Shown here piece after piece: positions 1-9,387 of a DNA stretch of 64,000 nucleotides. The notes under the pieces are model-generated. The model was given only the letters and a program-made list of their open reading frames with translations, was not told the origin of the DNA and made no database searches. Both the position numbers and the translations under genes were made by a program. Source of the stretch: Candidatus Obscuribacterales bacterium (GTDB lineage Bacteria; Cyanobacteriota; Vampirovibrionia; Obscuribacterales; Obscuribacteraceae); contig CBDDIJ010000003.1 of assembly GCA_965228855.1 (NCBI GenBank), forward strand, positions 3,648,001-3,712,000, in the 5' to 3' direction. The stretch's first letter is position 1. Each line of letters opens with the position of its first letter.

Positions 1-204
1 GCACCCGGCACACCACCAACAGGCTCGTCCGCACGTTCAACATCATCCGGAAAGAAAACACGTCACGTCGTTCGAACCACATCCGTCGTTTCAATCATTC
101 GAACTAACGACCAGCCAGATTGGGCTCTGATAGCGAATTTCATGATTCCGGAACTCGCTGGTTCCGAGAACGTTCTTAGACCTATCAATCATTGGCACAG
201 ATAA
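1..204 (+). CDS. Possible 3' end of an upstream ORF truncated by the window edge (67 aa visible)
   Basis: Frame 1 is open from base 1 to TAA at 202-204 (APGTPPTG...RPINHWHR*), ending 16 nt before cimA. No recognisable motif, so it could instead be a non-coding leader. Confidence 0.3.
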   Translation, partial: APGTPPTGSSARSTSSGKKTRHVVRTTSVVSIIRTNDQPDWALIANFMIPELAGSENVLRPINHWHR

Positions 205-220
205 GCGAGACAGAAAGAAA

Positions 221-1834
221 ATGAAACTGAGCAATACCCAACACAATCAAGTCGTGCTGTATGACACAACCTTGCGTGATGGCGCCCAGAGAAAAGGAAT
301 CAGTTTTTCTCTCGAAGACAAACTTAAAATTACCAAGTTGCTGGACGATTTCGGTGTGAGTTACATCGAAGGCGGCTGGCCAGGTTCCAACCCGAAGGAT
401 TTCGAGTATTTCCAGCGCGTCAAATCAATGCGATTGAAACATGCTCGCGTCGTGGCTTTTGGAAGCACAAGAAAGGCGGGAGTGACTGCCGCAGAAGATC
501 AGAACACCGCGAGGCTTCTTGAAGCTGCAACTGATTGCGTAGCCCTTGTCGGTAAATCATCTTCAAAACACGTGCTCAAAGTTCTCCGCACCACTCTCGA
601 AGAGAATCTCGAGATGATCAAAGATAGCATCAGCTATTTGAAGAGCCATGGCAAGGAAGTTATCTTCGACGCCGAGCACTATTTCGACGGCTTCGAAGAA
701 GATCAGGAGTATTCTTTAAAAGCCCTTCTGGCAGCTCAAGAAGCTGGTGCGGATTGGCTCGTGCTTTGCGACACCAATGGTCGACACATCCCAAGCAGAA
801 TCAGAGAAATAGTTGCGCAAACCAATGCGGTTGTGAGTGTTCCGCTCGGCATCCACGCTCACAACGACGGTGAACTTGCCGTGGCCAACTCGATTGCTGC
901 AGTAGAAGCAGGCGCGAAACAAATTCAAGGGACTATAAACGGTTACGGCGAGCGCTGCGGAAACGCAAATCTCATCTCGTTGGCGCCAACACTTCAGCTC
1001 AAAATGGGCTACCAATGCGTTCCTCAAAAGAGCCTGGTCAGATTGACTGAACTATCCAGAACAGTCAGCGAAATCGCAAATTTGAGCCCGGATCCTTATG
1101 CACCATATGTGGGGTCAGCCGCTTTCGCTCACAAAGCCGGATTACACGCTGCTGCTGTCGAAAAGTTCGCAGCCAGTTACGAGCATATGCAGCCGGAGCT
1201 CGTCGGCAATACACGAGAGATTCTGATATCCGAACTGTCCGGAAGAGGAAACGTGAGACTGCTGGCGTCGCAAATTTCAGGAAAAATGCCGTTCGCGGAA
1301 CAGGAAGTTCTTGACCGCATTAAAGAACTCGAGCAAAAGGGCTACAAATTCGAGGATGCGCAAGGCAGCGTCGAATTGATGATCAGACGCGACGATCCGC
1401 AGTATGTGACACCATTCGAGTTGATCGAAATCATGGTGGTGGTCAACGATCGCGTCGGTCAGGGAAGCTCCGCCGAAGCCGTGGTCAAAGTCAAAGTAGG
1501 AGACACCGTCCACCACACCGTCTCCGTAGGACGCGGTCCGGTGCATGCACTCGACAATGCATTCCGTAAAGCACTCGCACCGGTTTATCCAGAAATCGAG
1601 AACGTTAGACTGGTCGACTATAAAGTCAGAATTCTCGATCCTGATCAAGCAACAGAAGCGACAACTCGCGTTGTGATCGAAGCAGCAAACGATGAAGAGC
1701 GCTGGTCGACAGTCGGAGTTTCCGACAACATCATCGAAGCAAGCTGCCAGGCGTTGGTTGATAGTCTCGAACTTTATCTAGCCAGATGTTCATCTTCAGT
1801 ACAAGTCCAAGAAACCCAGGAGGTTGTTGCGTAA
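221..1834 (+). CDS. cimA: Citramalate synthase (LeuA/CimA family, DRE-TIM fold plus C-terminal regulatory domain)
   Basis: Motifs YDTTLRDGAQ, IEGGWPGSNPKD, FDAEHYFDG, HAHND, GYGERCGNANL, GPVHALDNA and VRLVDYKVRIL are typical of the CimA subgroup; first gene of the leu cluster. Confidence 0.85.
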   Translation: MKLSNTQHNQVVLYDTTLRDGAQRKGISFSLEDKLKITKLLDDFGVSYIEGGWPGSNPKDFEYFQRVKSMRLKHARVVAFGSTRKAGVTAAEDQNTARLLEAATDCVALVGKSSSKHVLKVLRTTLEENLEMIKDSISYLKSHGKEVIFDAEHYFDGFEEDQEYSLKALLAAQEAGADWLVLCDTNGRHIPSRIREIVAQTNAVVSVPLGIHAHNDGELAVANSIAAVEAGAKQIQGTINGYGERCGNANLISLAPTLQLKMGYQCVPQKSLVRLTELSRTVSEIANLSPDPYAPYVGSAAFAHKAGLHAAAVEKFAASYEHMQPELVGNTREILISELSGRGNVRLLASQISGKMPFAEQEVLDRIKELEQKGYKFEDAQGSVELMIRRDDPQYVTPFELIEIMVVVNDRVGQGSSAEAVVKVKVGDTVHHTVSVGRGPVHALDNAFRKALAPVYPEIENVRLVDYKVRILDPDQATEATTRVVIEAANDEERWSTVGVSDNIIEASCQALVDSLELYLARCSSSVQVQETQEVVA

Positions 1835-3315
1835 TGTCGCAGGTCAAGTCTACGTCGAAGCCTAAGAAACATAAAACCGGTGAGTCTGAAGTTCAGACGC
1901 CGAGCGCAACGGCAAAACAGCCGAGAAATATTGTCCAGAAGATTTGGGACAGTCACGTCGTCAGCCAGCAAGAAGGGCATCCCGCCATCTTTGCTATCGA
2001 CTTGATGCTTTTGCACGAAGTTACTTCGGCACAGGCATTTCAAACAATCGAATCGCGCGGATTGAAGATCGCCAATCCGGAAAGATTGCTCGCCACAATC
2101 GATCACAGCATTCCGACCAGACAGAATAGATACGAGATCTATGACGAAGCTGCACGTTCGCAAGTCGAAACTCTGCGTGCCAACTGCAAACGTCACGGCG
2201 TCCCATTCATGGATTTCGACAGTGGCAACCAGGGCATCGTCCACGTTATCGGACCGGAGCTTGGAGTCACTCAACCCGGCATGACCATCGTATGTGGTGA
2301 CTCGCATACCTCCACCCATGGTGCCTTCGGAGCACTCGCATTTGGCGTCGGCACGTCCGAGGTCGCGCACGTCATGGCGACCGGCTGCCTACTGCAGGAA
2401 GCACCAAAGTCAATGAAAGTCGAGTTCAAAGGTAAGTTGAAGAAAGGCGTCTATTCGAAAGATGCGATTTTGAAACTGATTTCGATCATCGGAGTCGGCG
2501 GTGCAAACGGTCACGTCATCGAATACACCGGAGAAGCAATCTCTAAAATGTCGATGGAAGAGCGCATGACCATCTGCAACATGAGCATCGAATGTGGTGC
2601 TCGCGCAGGTCTTATCGCACCGGATAGGGTGACTTATGATTATCTTCGCGGTCGCCGCTTAGCGCCACCGGACAGCCAATTCTTGAAAGCTGTCGAGTAT
2701 TGGAACTCTTTGAAGACTGATAAAGATGCCGCCTACGACAAGGAAGTCGTAATTGACCTCGATCAGCTTGACCCGATGGTGACCTGGGGGACAAACCCAA
2801 GCCAGGGCTGCGAACTAGGACAGCCGGTCCCAAGTCCGAAATCACTTCCGGAACTCGAACGCAAAGACCTCGAAGCAGCTCTCGCCTATACAAAGGTGGA
2901 CGCCGGCAAATCGATCGAAGGCTTGCCATTCCAATGGGCATTTGTCGGTTCTTGCACGAACGGACGAATCGAAGATTTGCGAATTGCGGCAAGCATACTC
3001 AAAGGCAACAAAGTTGCCAGCGGCGTAACCATGTATGTCGTCCCGGGTTCTGAATCAGTTCGCGAACAAGCGATGAAAGAGGGACTGGATAAAGTATTCG
3101 AAGAAGCAGGTGCTCAATTCAGAATGCCCGGCTGCTCGATGTGCTTGAGCATGAATGACGACCGCGTTCCGCCCGGTGAGCGTTGCGTTTCCAGCTCCAA
3201 CAGAAACTTCATGGGCCGGCAGGGTCCCGACAGCATCACCCACCTGGCGTCACCAGCAACGGTGGCAGCCAGTGCCATCGCAGGTCGTATCTCATCAGCA
3301 TCGAAATATTTATAA
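1834..3315 (+). CDS. leuC: 3-isopropylmalate dehydratase large subunit
   Basis: Motifs HEVTSAQAF, GIVHVIGPE, CGDSHTSTHGAFG, GSCTNGRIEDL, GCSMC, SSSNRNFMGRQG. Start placed at ATG 1834 (TAATG overlap with the cimA stop, GGAGG upstream) instead of 1786. Confidence 0.96.
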   Translation: MSQVKSTSKPKKHKTGESEVQTPSATAKQPRNIVQKIWDSHVVSQQEGHPAIFAIDLMLLHEVTSAQAFQTIESRGLKIANPERLLATIDHSIPTRQNRYEIYDEAARSQVETLRANCKRHGVPFMDFDSGNQGIVHVIGPELGVTQPGMTIVCGDSHTSTHGAFGALAFGVGTSEVAHVMATGCLLQEAPKSMKVEFKGKLKKGVYSKDAILKLISIIGVGGANGHVIEYTGEAISKMSMEERMTICNMSIECGARAGLIAPDRVTYDYLRGRRLAPPDSQFLKAVEYWNSLKTDKDAAYDKEVVIDLDQLDPMVTWGTNPSQGCELGQPVPSPKSLPELERKDLEAALAYTKVDAGKSIEGLPFQWAFVGSCTNGRIEDLRIAASILKGNKVASGVTMYVVPGSESVREQAMKEGLDKVFEEAGAQFRMPGCSMCLSMNDDRVPPGERCVSSSNRNFMGRQGPDSITHLASPATVAASAIAGRISSASKYL

Positions 3316-3330
3316 GGCAGGCAATCAGAA

Positions 3331-3975
3331 ATGAAAAAATACGAGACACTGACATCGAAAGTAGTTCCGTTGCCGAAGAATGATGTAGACACGGATCAGA
3401 TAATCCCGGCACAGTATTTGACCAGCACCTCACGGGACGGTTATGGTCAAAACCTTTTCCGCAGACTGCGAGACACGGAAGCGGACTTTCCGCTCAATCA
3501 GGACCGCTACAAAGATGCGGAAATATTGCTGACCGGCTACAACTTCGGATGCGGCTCGTCACGCGAGCACGCAGTCTGGGCAATCGCTGGTGCGAATTTC
3601 AAAGTTGTGATCGCCGAAAGTTTCGCCGACATCTTTTCGAATAACAGCGCCAAGAATGGGTTGTTATTGGTTTCACTTCCGAAAGCGGTGATTGAAAGAT
3701 TGCTCAAGCGAGCGGAGAAAGATGATTTATTCGTCACCGTGGACCTGGAAAATCAGGTGGTGCTGGTAAAAGAGGGTTTAACGACCGAAAAACATTCTTT
3801 CGAGTACGACCCCTTCAGAAAACATTGTTTGCTCAACGGGCTCGACGACATTAACTACATCCTGTCCCACCAGTCGGAAATAGACGAGTTTCGGACTCGA
3901 AACGCTAAGAGTTGGACGGTTTCACCTTCTAATTCTAATGAAGAGAATTTGGCATTAGCGGGTACAAAAAACTAG
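3331..3975 (+). CDS. leuD: 3-isopropylmalate dehydratase small subunit
   Basis: Motifs DVDTDQIIPA, NFGCGSSREHA, SFADIF.NN..KNGLL, LLNGLDDI. Confidence 0.96.
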   Translation: MKKYETLTSKVVPLPKNDVDTDQIIPAQYLTSTSRDGYGQNLFRRLRDTEADFPLNQDRYKDAEILLTGYNFGCGSSREHAVWAIAGANFKVVIAESFADIFSNNSAKNGLLLVSLPKAVIERLLKRAEKDDLFVTVDLENQVVLVKEGLTTEKHSFEYDPFRKHCLLNGLDDINYILSHQSEIDEFRTRNAKSWTVSPSNSNEENLALAGTKN

Positions 3976-3983
3976 AGGTTAAA

Positions 3984-5132
3984 ATGCAACGGACTATAGC
4001 AGTTCTTCCGGGCGACGGAATCGGACCAGAGGTGATGAAGGAAGCACTTAGAGTGCTTAAAGTCGTCGCGGACAAATTCGGTCATGAATTCCGCATCAAT
4101 GAAGGTGTCGCCGGCGGTGCCGCCTACGAAAAATACGGTGCGCATTTGCCGCAAGAAACCCTCGATGTCTGCAAGGCGAGCGACGCAATTCTGTTTGGCT
4201 CCGTCGGTGGACCGATCAACGAGATGCATCTGCCGAAATGGGTCGATTGCGAAAGGAATTCGATTCTGACGCTCCGAAAAACTTTCAACTTCGCGGTCAA
4301 TCTGCGCCCCGCGAAAGTTTATAAGGGCATGGAAGGCATCTGTCCTTTGAAAGCAGAAGTCCTCGAAAAGGGCGTCGACATGCTCATCGTTCGTGAACTT
4401 CTCGGCGATGCATATTTCGGTCGTCATGAACGCGGCGAGCGCGACGGAATTCGATTCGCTCAGGATGAATCAGAGTACACGGAAGATCAAGTGAGAACCG
4501 CGGCTCATGCAGGTTTCAAAGCCGCCAGACTACGCGGAAAGAGATTGACTTCCGTCGACAAGGCGAATGTGCTTACGGCGTCGAGACTCTGGAGAGAAGT
4601 TGTAAAAGAAGTTTCCTCCGAATACCCGGACGTGCAGCTTGAAGACATGCTGGTCGACAACTGCGCAATGCAACTCATCAGAGATCCGGGTCAATTTGAT
4701 GTGATCGTCACATCAAATATGTTTGGCGACATTCTTTCGGATGCAGCCGCAGCACTCCCGGGTTCGCTCGGACTGTGCGCATCTGCGAGCATGAATGATA
4801 GCGGTTTCGGGCTCTACGAGCCGCCTGGTGGCAGTGCGCAAGACATTGCAGGAAAGGGAATTGCCAATCCAATTGCGCAAATTCTTTCAGCCGCGCTGTT
4901 GCTTCGCTATTCTTTCGGTCTGGAGCAAGAAGCCAGAGCAATCGAAGATGCAGTCGAAGCTGCATTGAAAGCAGGTTACAGAACTTCCGACATCAAGCGC
5001 ACTACTAGCGATACCAAATCAAAAGACGAGGAGAAACTTGTTGGTACGGTTGAGATGACGAATGCAATTCTGGTGGAACTGGAAAAGCTGACGGCAAGCA
5101 TAAAGAAGAAAGAAGCCGTTGCGGCCAACTAG
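3984..5132 (+). CDS. leuB: 3-isopropylmalate dehydrogenase
   Basis: Motifs LPGDGIGPEV, NLRP, VDKANVL, NMFGDILSD, GSAQDIAGKGIANPIAQILS. Confidence 0.96.
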   Translation: MQRTIAVLPGDGIGPEVMKEALRVLKVVADKFGHEFRINEGVAGGAAYEKYGAHLPQETLDVCKASDAILFGSVGGPINEMHLPKWVDCERNSILTLRKTFNFAVNLRPAKVYKGMEGICPLKAEVLEKGVDMLIVRELLGDAYFGRHERGERDGIRFAQDESEYTEDQVRTAAHAGFKAARLRGKRLTSVDKANVLTASRLWREVVKEVSSEYPDVQLEDMLVDNCAMQLIRDPGQFDVIVTSNMFGDILSDAAAALPGSLGLCASASMNDSGFGLYEPPGGSAQDIAGKGIANPIAQILSAALLLRYSFGLEQEARAIEDAVEAALKAGYRTSDIKRTTSDTKSKDEEKLVGTVEMTNAILVELEKLTASIKKKEAVAAN

Positions 5133-5242
5133 AGGTATCGAATTCGAACGGAAACGTTCAAATAACATCAAAAATTTCACAATGTCCTAGCAACACAATC
5201 GAATCGTTCAAATCCTGAATAGAAGCCAGAGGAGGCACCCAT

Positions 5243-5671
5243 ATGTTTGATCAAACCAGCAACTGGATGGAACAAGAAAGTTATCCGGATTACGACACAA
5301 CGTCTAACGAACGACGACGACGAAGATCTACCAACACTCGTCGCCGCCACGACAATGGAACGAACAACTCCTACGGCGACACGGTTTTCAAAGATTTGAA
5401 CGGAAGAATAACGGCATTTCGCTACAACGAGCATGGAACGGTTTATTCCTTTGAATATGATAGAGAAGGACAAGTGAACTCGATAAACCGCTCGGACGGC
5501 TGGGTTTGGAGAAGAGTCGAAACCAGTGCATTCCGTGGATGGGTAGTTCGCAACTACTGGGAAAGCTGGAAAGTAGACAGCGACGATTGTGGAAATGTTG
5601 AAATTGACGATGCCGGCGTCAGAGCTACCGGAGCTAATGCGGACCTGATGGGACTGCCAGAACGAGTTTAA
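5243..5671 (+). CDS. Hypothetical protein with an Arg-rich N-terminus and a short YD-like beta segment
   Basis: 142-aa ORF with strong RBS (GGAGG); FRYNEHG / FEYDREGQV segments; followed by a long hairpin. Confidence 0.65.
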   Translation: MFDQTSNWMEQESYPDYDTTSNERRRRRSTNTRRRHDNGTNNSYGDTVFKDLNGRITAFRYNEHGTVYSFEYDREGQVNSINRSDGWVWRRVETSAFRGWVVRNYWESWKVDSDDCGNVEIDDAGVRATGANADLMGLPERV

Positions 5672-5698
5672 ACGACGTACTTAGATAACGCACAGTTG

Positions 5699-5763
5699 AA
5701 ACGGCGCCGCTCGACGGTTCCCCAGAGCCTCCTCCTGGGAATCAGAAAGTCGGCGCCGTTTTG
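5699..5763 (+). terminator. Long interrupted hairpin, probable intrinsic terminator
   Basis: AAACGGCGCCG (5699-5709) pairs with CGGCGCCGTTT (5751-5761), with an inner CCCAG/CTGGG stem and a short T run. Confidence 0.55.
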
Positions 5764-5859
5764 TCAATGATGTTTTGCGTCACAGCAAAGTCACGGTCGA
5801 CGAATAACTTCCTCAGAATCAAATCCACGAGCCCCGACCGATGTCGAGAGGATGTTTTT

Positions 5860-6279
5860 ATGCCAGCAGAACAATTCGAACAAATTAAACCAGACGCGAC
5901 GTTCAACAACTCATCTAACCTGAACTTCCGAGACCTCCTTGAAGGCTTCGACATGAATAATTTGCGCATGTCATCGAACAACACAAGCGAGAAAAACCTG
6001 CCTCAAATGTCAATCGAAGGAACAACCTCGAAAAGTGAGGCGAGCAGACCCGATGCAACGGGTAGCTGCGAAGCACTTCAAGCAGAAGGTTTCAAGATCC
6101 TTTGCCGCGATGATTCAGGTAAAAAACCACAAGTACACGAACCTCCAACAAAGGTGCCAAACATAAAAGACCCCCAGATCAAGAATCCGCAAGTAAAAGA
6201 TCCGGATGCCTGCACTAAAGGTCCCGACAAAACGCCGCGCGACACAAAACCGTGGCTCCGTGGACACAAAAACGGCTGA
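5860..6279 (+). CDS. Hypothetical protein with a low-complexity K-[DN]-P-rich C-terminus
   Basis: ATG 5860 preceded by GAGGA; contains KVPNIKDPQIKNPQVKDP. Confidence 0.5.
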   Translation: MPAEQFEQIKPDATFNNSSNLNFRDLLEGFDMNNLRMSSNNTSEKNLPQMSIEGTTSKSEASRPDATGSCEALQAEGFKILCRDDSGKKPQVHEPPTKVPNIKDPQIKNPQVKDPDACTKGPDKTPRDTKPWLRGHKNG

Positions 6280-6305
6280 GGATCAGCTTTTCCAATCAGG
6301 TGCTT

Positions 6306-7304
6306 TTACTTCAAGACGATCTTGGATGAAATACCGATCAACTCGGAGTGACGAACTACCTTTAGCTCAACTCGGTCTGCGCGCTTATCCAATAACGCTC
6401 TATGGAGATCGTCAACGTCGTTGATAATCCGATCGTCTAAAGCGACAATGGCATCGCCCTCCCGCAAGCCCGAGCGTTTTGCCGGACTATCGGAATCGAA
6501 ACCGATAACGAGAACTGCTCCGGTGTTTGTCAGGTTATGAAAACGAGATTGTCTTCTGTTTAGAGGCAGATTCTGTGCAGCGATGCCAAGCCAGCCGCGA
6601 CTGACGTGACCGTCTTTCAGTAAGGAAACGGCAACTGAGGTCGCGGTGTTGACCGGCACCGCAAGACAGATTCCTTGTGCAGGTAAAATAATCGCCGTAT
6701 TAACACCGACAACTCTTCCCTTCGAATCGATCAATGGTCCGCCGGAGTTTCCTGGATTAAGAGCGGCATCAGTTTGAATTACGTTGTCGATCAGACGTCC
6801 CGACTGAGCGCGCATCGAGCGCCCAAGCGCACTGACGACGCCGGCGGTGACAGTCGATTGGAATCCAAATGGATTACCAATCGCGATCACAACTTGTCCC
6901 ACTTTCAGTTTTTGAGAATCACCGAGTTTAGCCGCCACTAAATGCGGTGCCCATATTTGGATAACGGCAAGGTCTGTATGCGGATCTTCGCCAATAAGCC
7001 TGGCTTCGGAACGCTGACCGTCTGCCATAGTTACATATATAGAAGTAGCGCCATTTACTACGTGGCTATTCGTAAAGATGTATCCGTCGGGCGTGAAGAT
7101 GAAGCCACTACCGCCTCCACGCTCTACGTCTTCGCCACGACGCTTGCGCGGTCGCTCAATTTCAACATTCACAACGGACTCGGCGACACGCTCAGACGCG
7201 CCCACGACAGCGTTGGAGTATGCATCAAGCAAATCGTCGTCCGACACATCATCATTTGGGACATCCATTGTATCGCTGTCCCAGTGCGTATCTTCTAACA
7301 ACAT
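6306..7304 (-). CDS. HtrA/DegP-family serine protease with one PDZ domain, no signal peptide
   Basis: Motifs GSGFI, TNSHVV, TDLAV, IQTDAALNPGNSGGPL, C-terminal PDZ (SPAKRSGLREGD). ATG 7304 follows GAGAGG. Confidence 0.92.
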   Translation of the reverse strand: MLLEDTHWDSDTMDVPNDDVSDDDLLDAYSNAVVGASERVAESVVNVEIERPRKRRGEDVERGGGSGFIFTPDGYIFTNSHVVNGATSIYVTMADGQRSEARLIGEDPHTDLAVIQIWAPHLVAAKLGDSQKLKVGQVVIAIGNPFGFQSTVTAGVVSALGRSMRAQSGRLIDNVIQTDAALNPGNSGGPLIDSKGRVVGVNTAIILPAQGICLAVPVNTATSVAVSLLKDGHVSRGWLGIAAQNLPLNRRQSRFHNLTNTGAVLVIGFDSDSPAKRSGLREGDAIVALDDRIINDVDDLHRALLDKRADRVELKVVRHSELIGISSKIVLK

Positions 7305-7449
7305 GGTTGGGTAACCTCTCAAATTTATGTTTTGAGAGTAACAAACTTTTGTGCTTTAAAACGAACGCAACAAAAATTTCTGTTTTGGGAGAGTTCTTCG
7401 GCTCGAGTGAATTCCGAGTGATTGAACCAAAACGTGAGAATGCGTGATA

Positions 7450-8166
7450 TCACAAACCAAAGTCCTCAAAGATACTGGAATCTAAATGATTGAACTTGAT
7501 TCGTTTCAGTGTCCAGTCACTAACCATTGGACTTTCCAACGATGCTATATGTTTTTCCTCTAAAACCATGGCGCGCGGATTGAAAAATTGGCTCACATTC
7601 ATCAAAGCAGAATAATATGTATGTAGAGCCTCGTTCAAAACCGCACATCCATCGCTTCGCATTCGACGAACGGTAAAATCCCTCTGCGAGATCCAGACGT
7701 GGAAACCCTGGTATATCTCACGGACGTGGTAACAAAGCTCCTCCTCAACAACTTCATCTTTAAGGGTGGCTAACTTTTCTCTGGTGAAATTGGGTCGGCG
7801 AGCGCCATCGATTAGCAACGGTAGTATGGTATCAGTTAGACCGAAGGAACATCCACCGGTTCCGGATAGGGCCATATGCACAGTGGTAATGTCTTCGATT
7901 CGGCCATGTATACTTTTCGAAAGATCCTTGCTCCTCCGTGGAAGCTTTACTCTCGCCTTATCGCCTTTGACCAGAAGAGAATATTTGTCTTCATCAAACC
8001 GACTGGTGCACCACTGGAATTTCAAAAGATTGGGTCGCATGAACTCAGTTTTGAACCAGCCGTCACCGCGACCGAAGTTATTGCACTTGATGATGCCTGA
8101 GTCTTCGTAAGATTGCATGGAACTGTATGCGAGTTTAACTCGCTCCTTAAGCTCGCCAATGTCCAT
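7450..8166 (-). CDS. Hypothetical protein, possibly LolA-like/DUF2092 fold
   Basis: 238-aa ORF with AGGAG RBS; pattern Y.SMQSYED.G / F.RPN.LKFQW / VWISQRDF.VRR resembles LolA-like proteins. Confidence 0.55.
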   Translation of the reverse strand: MDIGELKERVKLAYSSMQSYEDSGIIKCNNFGRGDGWFKTEFMRPNLLKFQWCTSRFDEDKYSLLVKGDKARVKLPRRSKDLSKSIHGRIEDITTVHMALSGTGGCSFGLTDTILPLLIDGARRPNFTREKLATLKDEVVEEELCYHVREIYQGFHVWISQRDFTVRRMRSDGCAVLNEALHTYYSALMNVSQFFNPRAMVLEEKHIASLESPMVSDWTLKRIKFNHLDSSIFEDFGL

Positions 8167-8209
8167 TCGTGCTCCTAATGTTAGTTCGCACTACCGATCG
8201 ATAGTCGAA

Positions 8210-9013
8210 CTACTCGTCATCGTCGTCATCATTGCCTGGTTTCCGATCTTCCGCGGTGGGTGGCGTACCTTCATAAGTAGGCACGGAAGGCATTCTAATT
8301 ACGCGCGCACGATCCTCTGCGATGCGCATGATCTTTTGAGCCTCTTGCTGATAGGGTGCCCGAATCTCAGCTTCTTGATCATCAGAAAGACCGACACGGC
8401 GCTCTCCGGTTACCACATTTCGGAGACGCTGATTAGTGCTACCTTCGGCCTCTTTGACATGACGCTCCTCGTCTTCTTTAATTTTTCGAACACGCTCGCG
8501 TGCTTCATTCAAAATCGAGTTCCGCTGTTTCTCAACTTCTGCGACTGCAGCCTGATATCGTTCAAAGCGAGCGCGATCTCTCGACGCCCTAGCATCAAGC
8601 TGAGCGGCCGCCTTACCGACAACGCTTGCAGCCTGTGCGCGTTTCGGTCCCTCCGTCAAAATATGCTGGACAGCGGTCTGGCAATTTTTGATCAGAGCGG
8701 GATCTTTCGTATGCTGCATGCATAACTCGTAAGATGCTTTTGCTTCAGCCAGGCGATTAAGCTTCAAAAGCGTGTTGCCCAGCTGATAGTGGGCAGGTGC
8801 GTACGTAGGAGCGTATTTGTTTATGTGCATAAACAGGTGACGCGCGCCCTCATAGTCTCCCTTTTCATACTTTTCACAAGCCTGCTTGTAGTAGTCCTCA
8901 CCAGCATCAGCACGCTGCACAGCAACGAACAGTGTCAAACTCACTATCGCCAACAGGCAACAAAATTTTGTTGGCGAAAATCGCCGAAAGGCTTGCGACA
9001 GCATCAAAGACAA
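8210..9013 (-). CDS. Secreted TPR protein with a coiled-coil C-terminus
   Basis: Signal peptide ending ADA; TPR-like segments YEKGDYEGARHLF and AHYQLGNTLLKLNRLAEAKASYE. Confidence 0.8.
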   Translation of the reverse strand: MSLMLSQAFRRFSPTKFCCLLAIVSLTLFVAVQRADAGEDYYKQACEKYEKGDYEGARHLFMHINKYAPTYAPAHYQLGNTLLKLNRLAEAKASYELCMQHTKDPALIKNCQTAVQHILTEGPKRAQAASVVGKAAAQLDARASRDRARFERYQAAVAEVEKQRNSILNEARERVRKIKEDEERHVKEAEGSTNQRLRNVVTGERRVGLSDDQEAEIRAPYQQEAQKIMRIAEDRARVIRMPSVPTYEGTPPTAEDRKPGNDDDDDE

Positions 9014-9207
9014 CCTCCTGCGCTCACTCCGATACGGCGATTATATGATGGACTTCGAAACATTGCATATCACCCATAGGTGATAAATATTCGAGCAGAC
9101 CTTGACACTTGTCGCGCTCACGTACGGCTATCCCGCAATGCTGAAAACCTCAAAAGCCTGCACTCCTCAAACTTAATAGCGTCAACGACTAAATATTTAC
9201 GGACCAG

Positions 9208-9236
9208 TTGACGCACTAGACCGACCGGTCTATTCT
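9208..9236 (+). promoter_or_regulatory. Sigma70 promoter with a NemR-type TetR operator in the spacer (copy 1, before the RND permease)
   Basis: TTGACG (9208-9213), 17-nt spacer, TATTCT (9231-9236); palindrome TAGACC-GACC-GGTCTA at 9217-9232. Confidence 0.85.
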
Positions 9237-9387
9237 GTTAACAGTGGACCGGAAATAATCAACATCACTTCGGGTTCGGAACGCCTTTCCGAACAGCGAC
9301 TGGTTTTGCGTGCAAAACTCCTGCACTCGTTGACGTTTCATAACGGATAACTCCGAGCACCACATCTGGTTGCAGAGGTATGTGGAA

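Noticed and set aside
1786..1833. N-terminal extensions of leuC, and similarly of the ORFs called from 12734, 27498, 38811 and 49962
   Set aside because: Downstream starts have better RBS support, match family N-termini, or avoid long overlaps.
5243..5671. Rhs/YD toxin fragment
   Set aside because: Only about two YD-like units, with no Rhs core signature and no toxin-immunity arrangement.
8117..8725. 202-aa plus-strand ORF
   Set aside because: Antisense to the well-supported TPR gene; no motifs.
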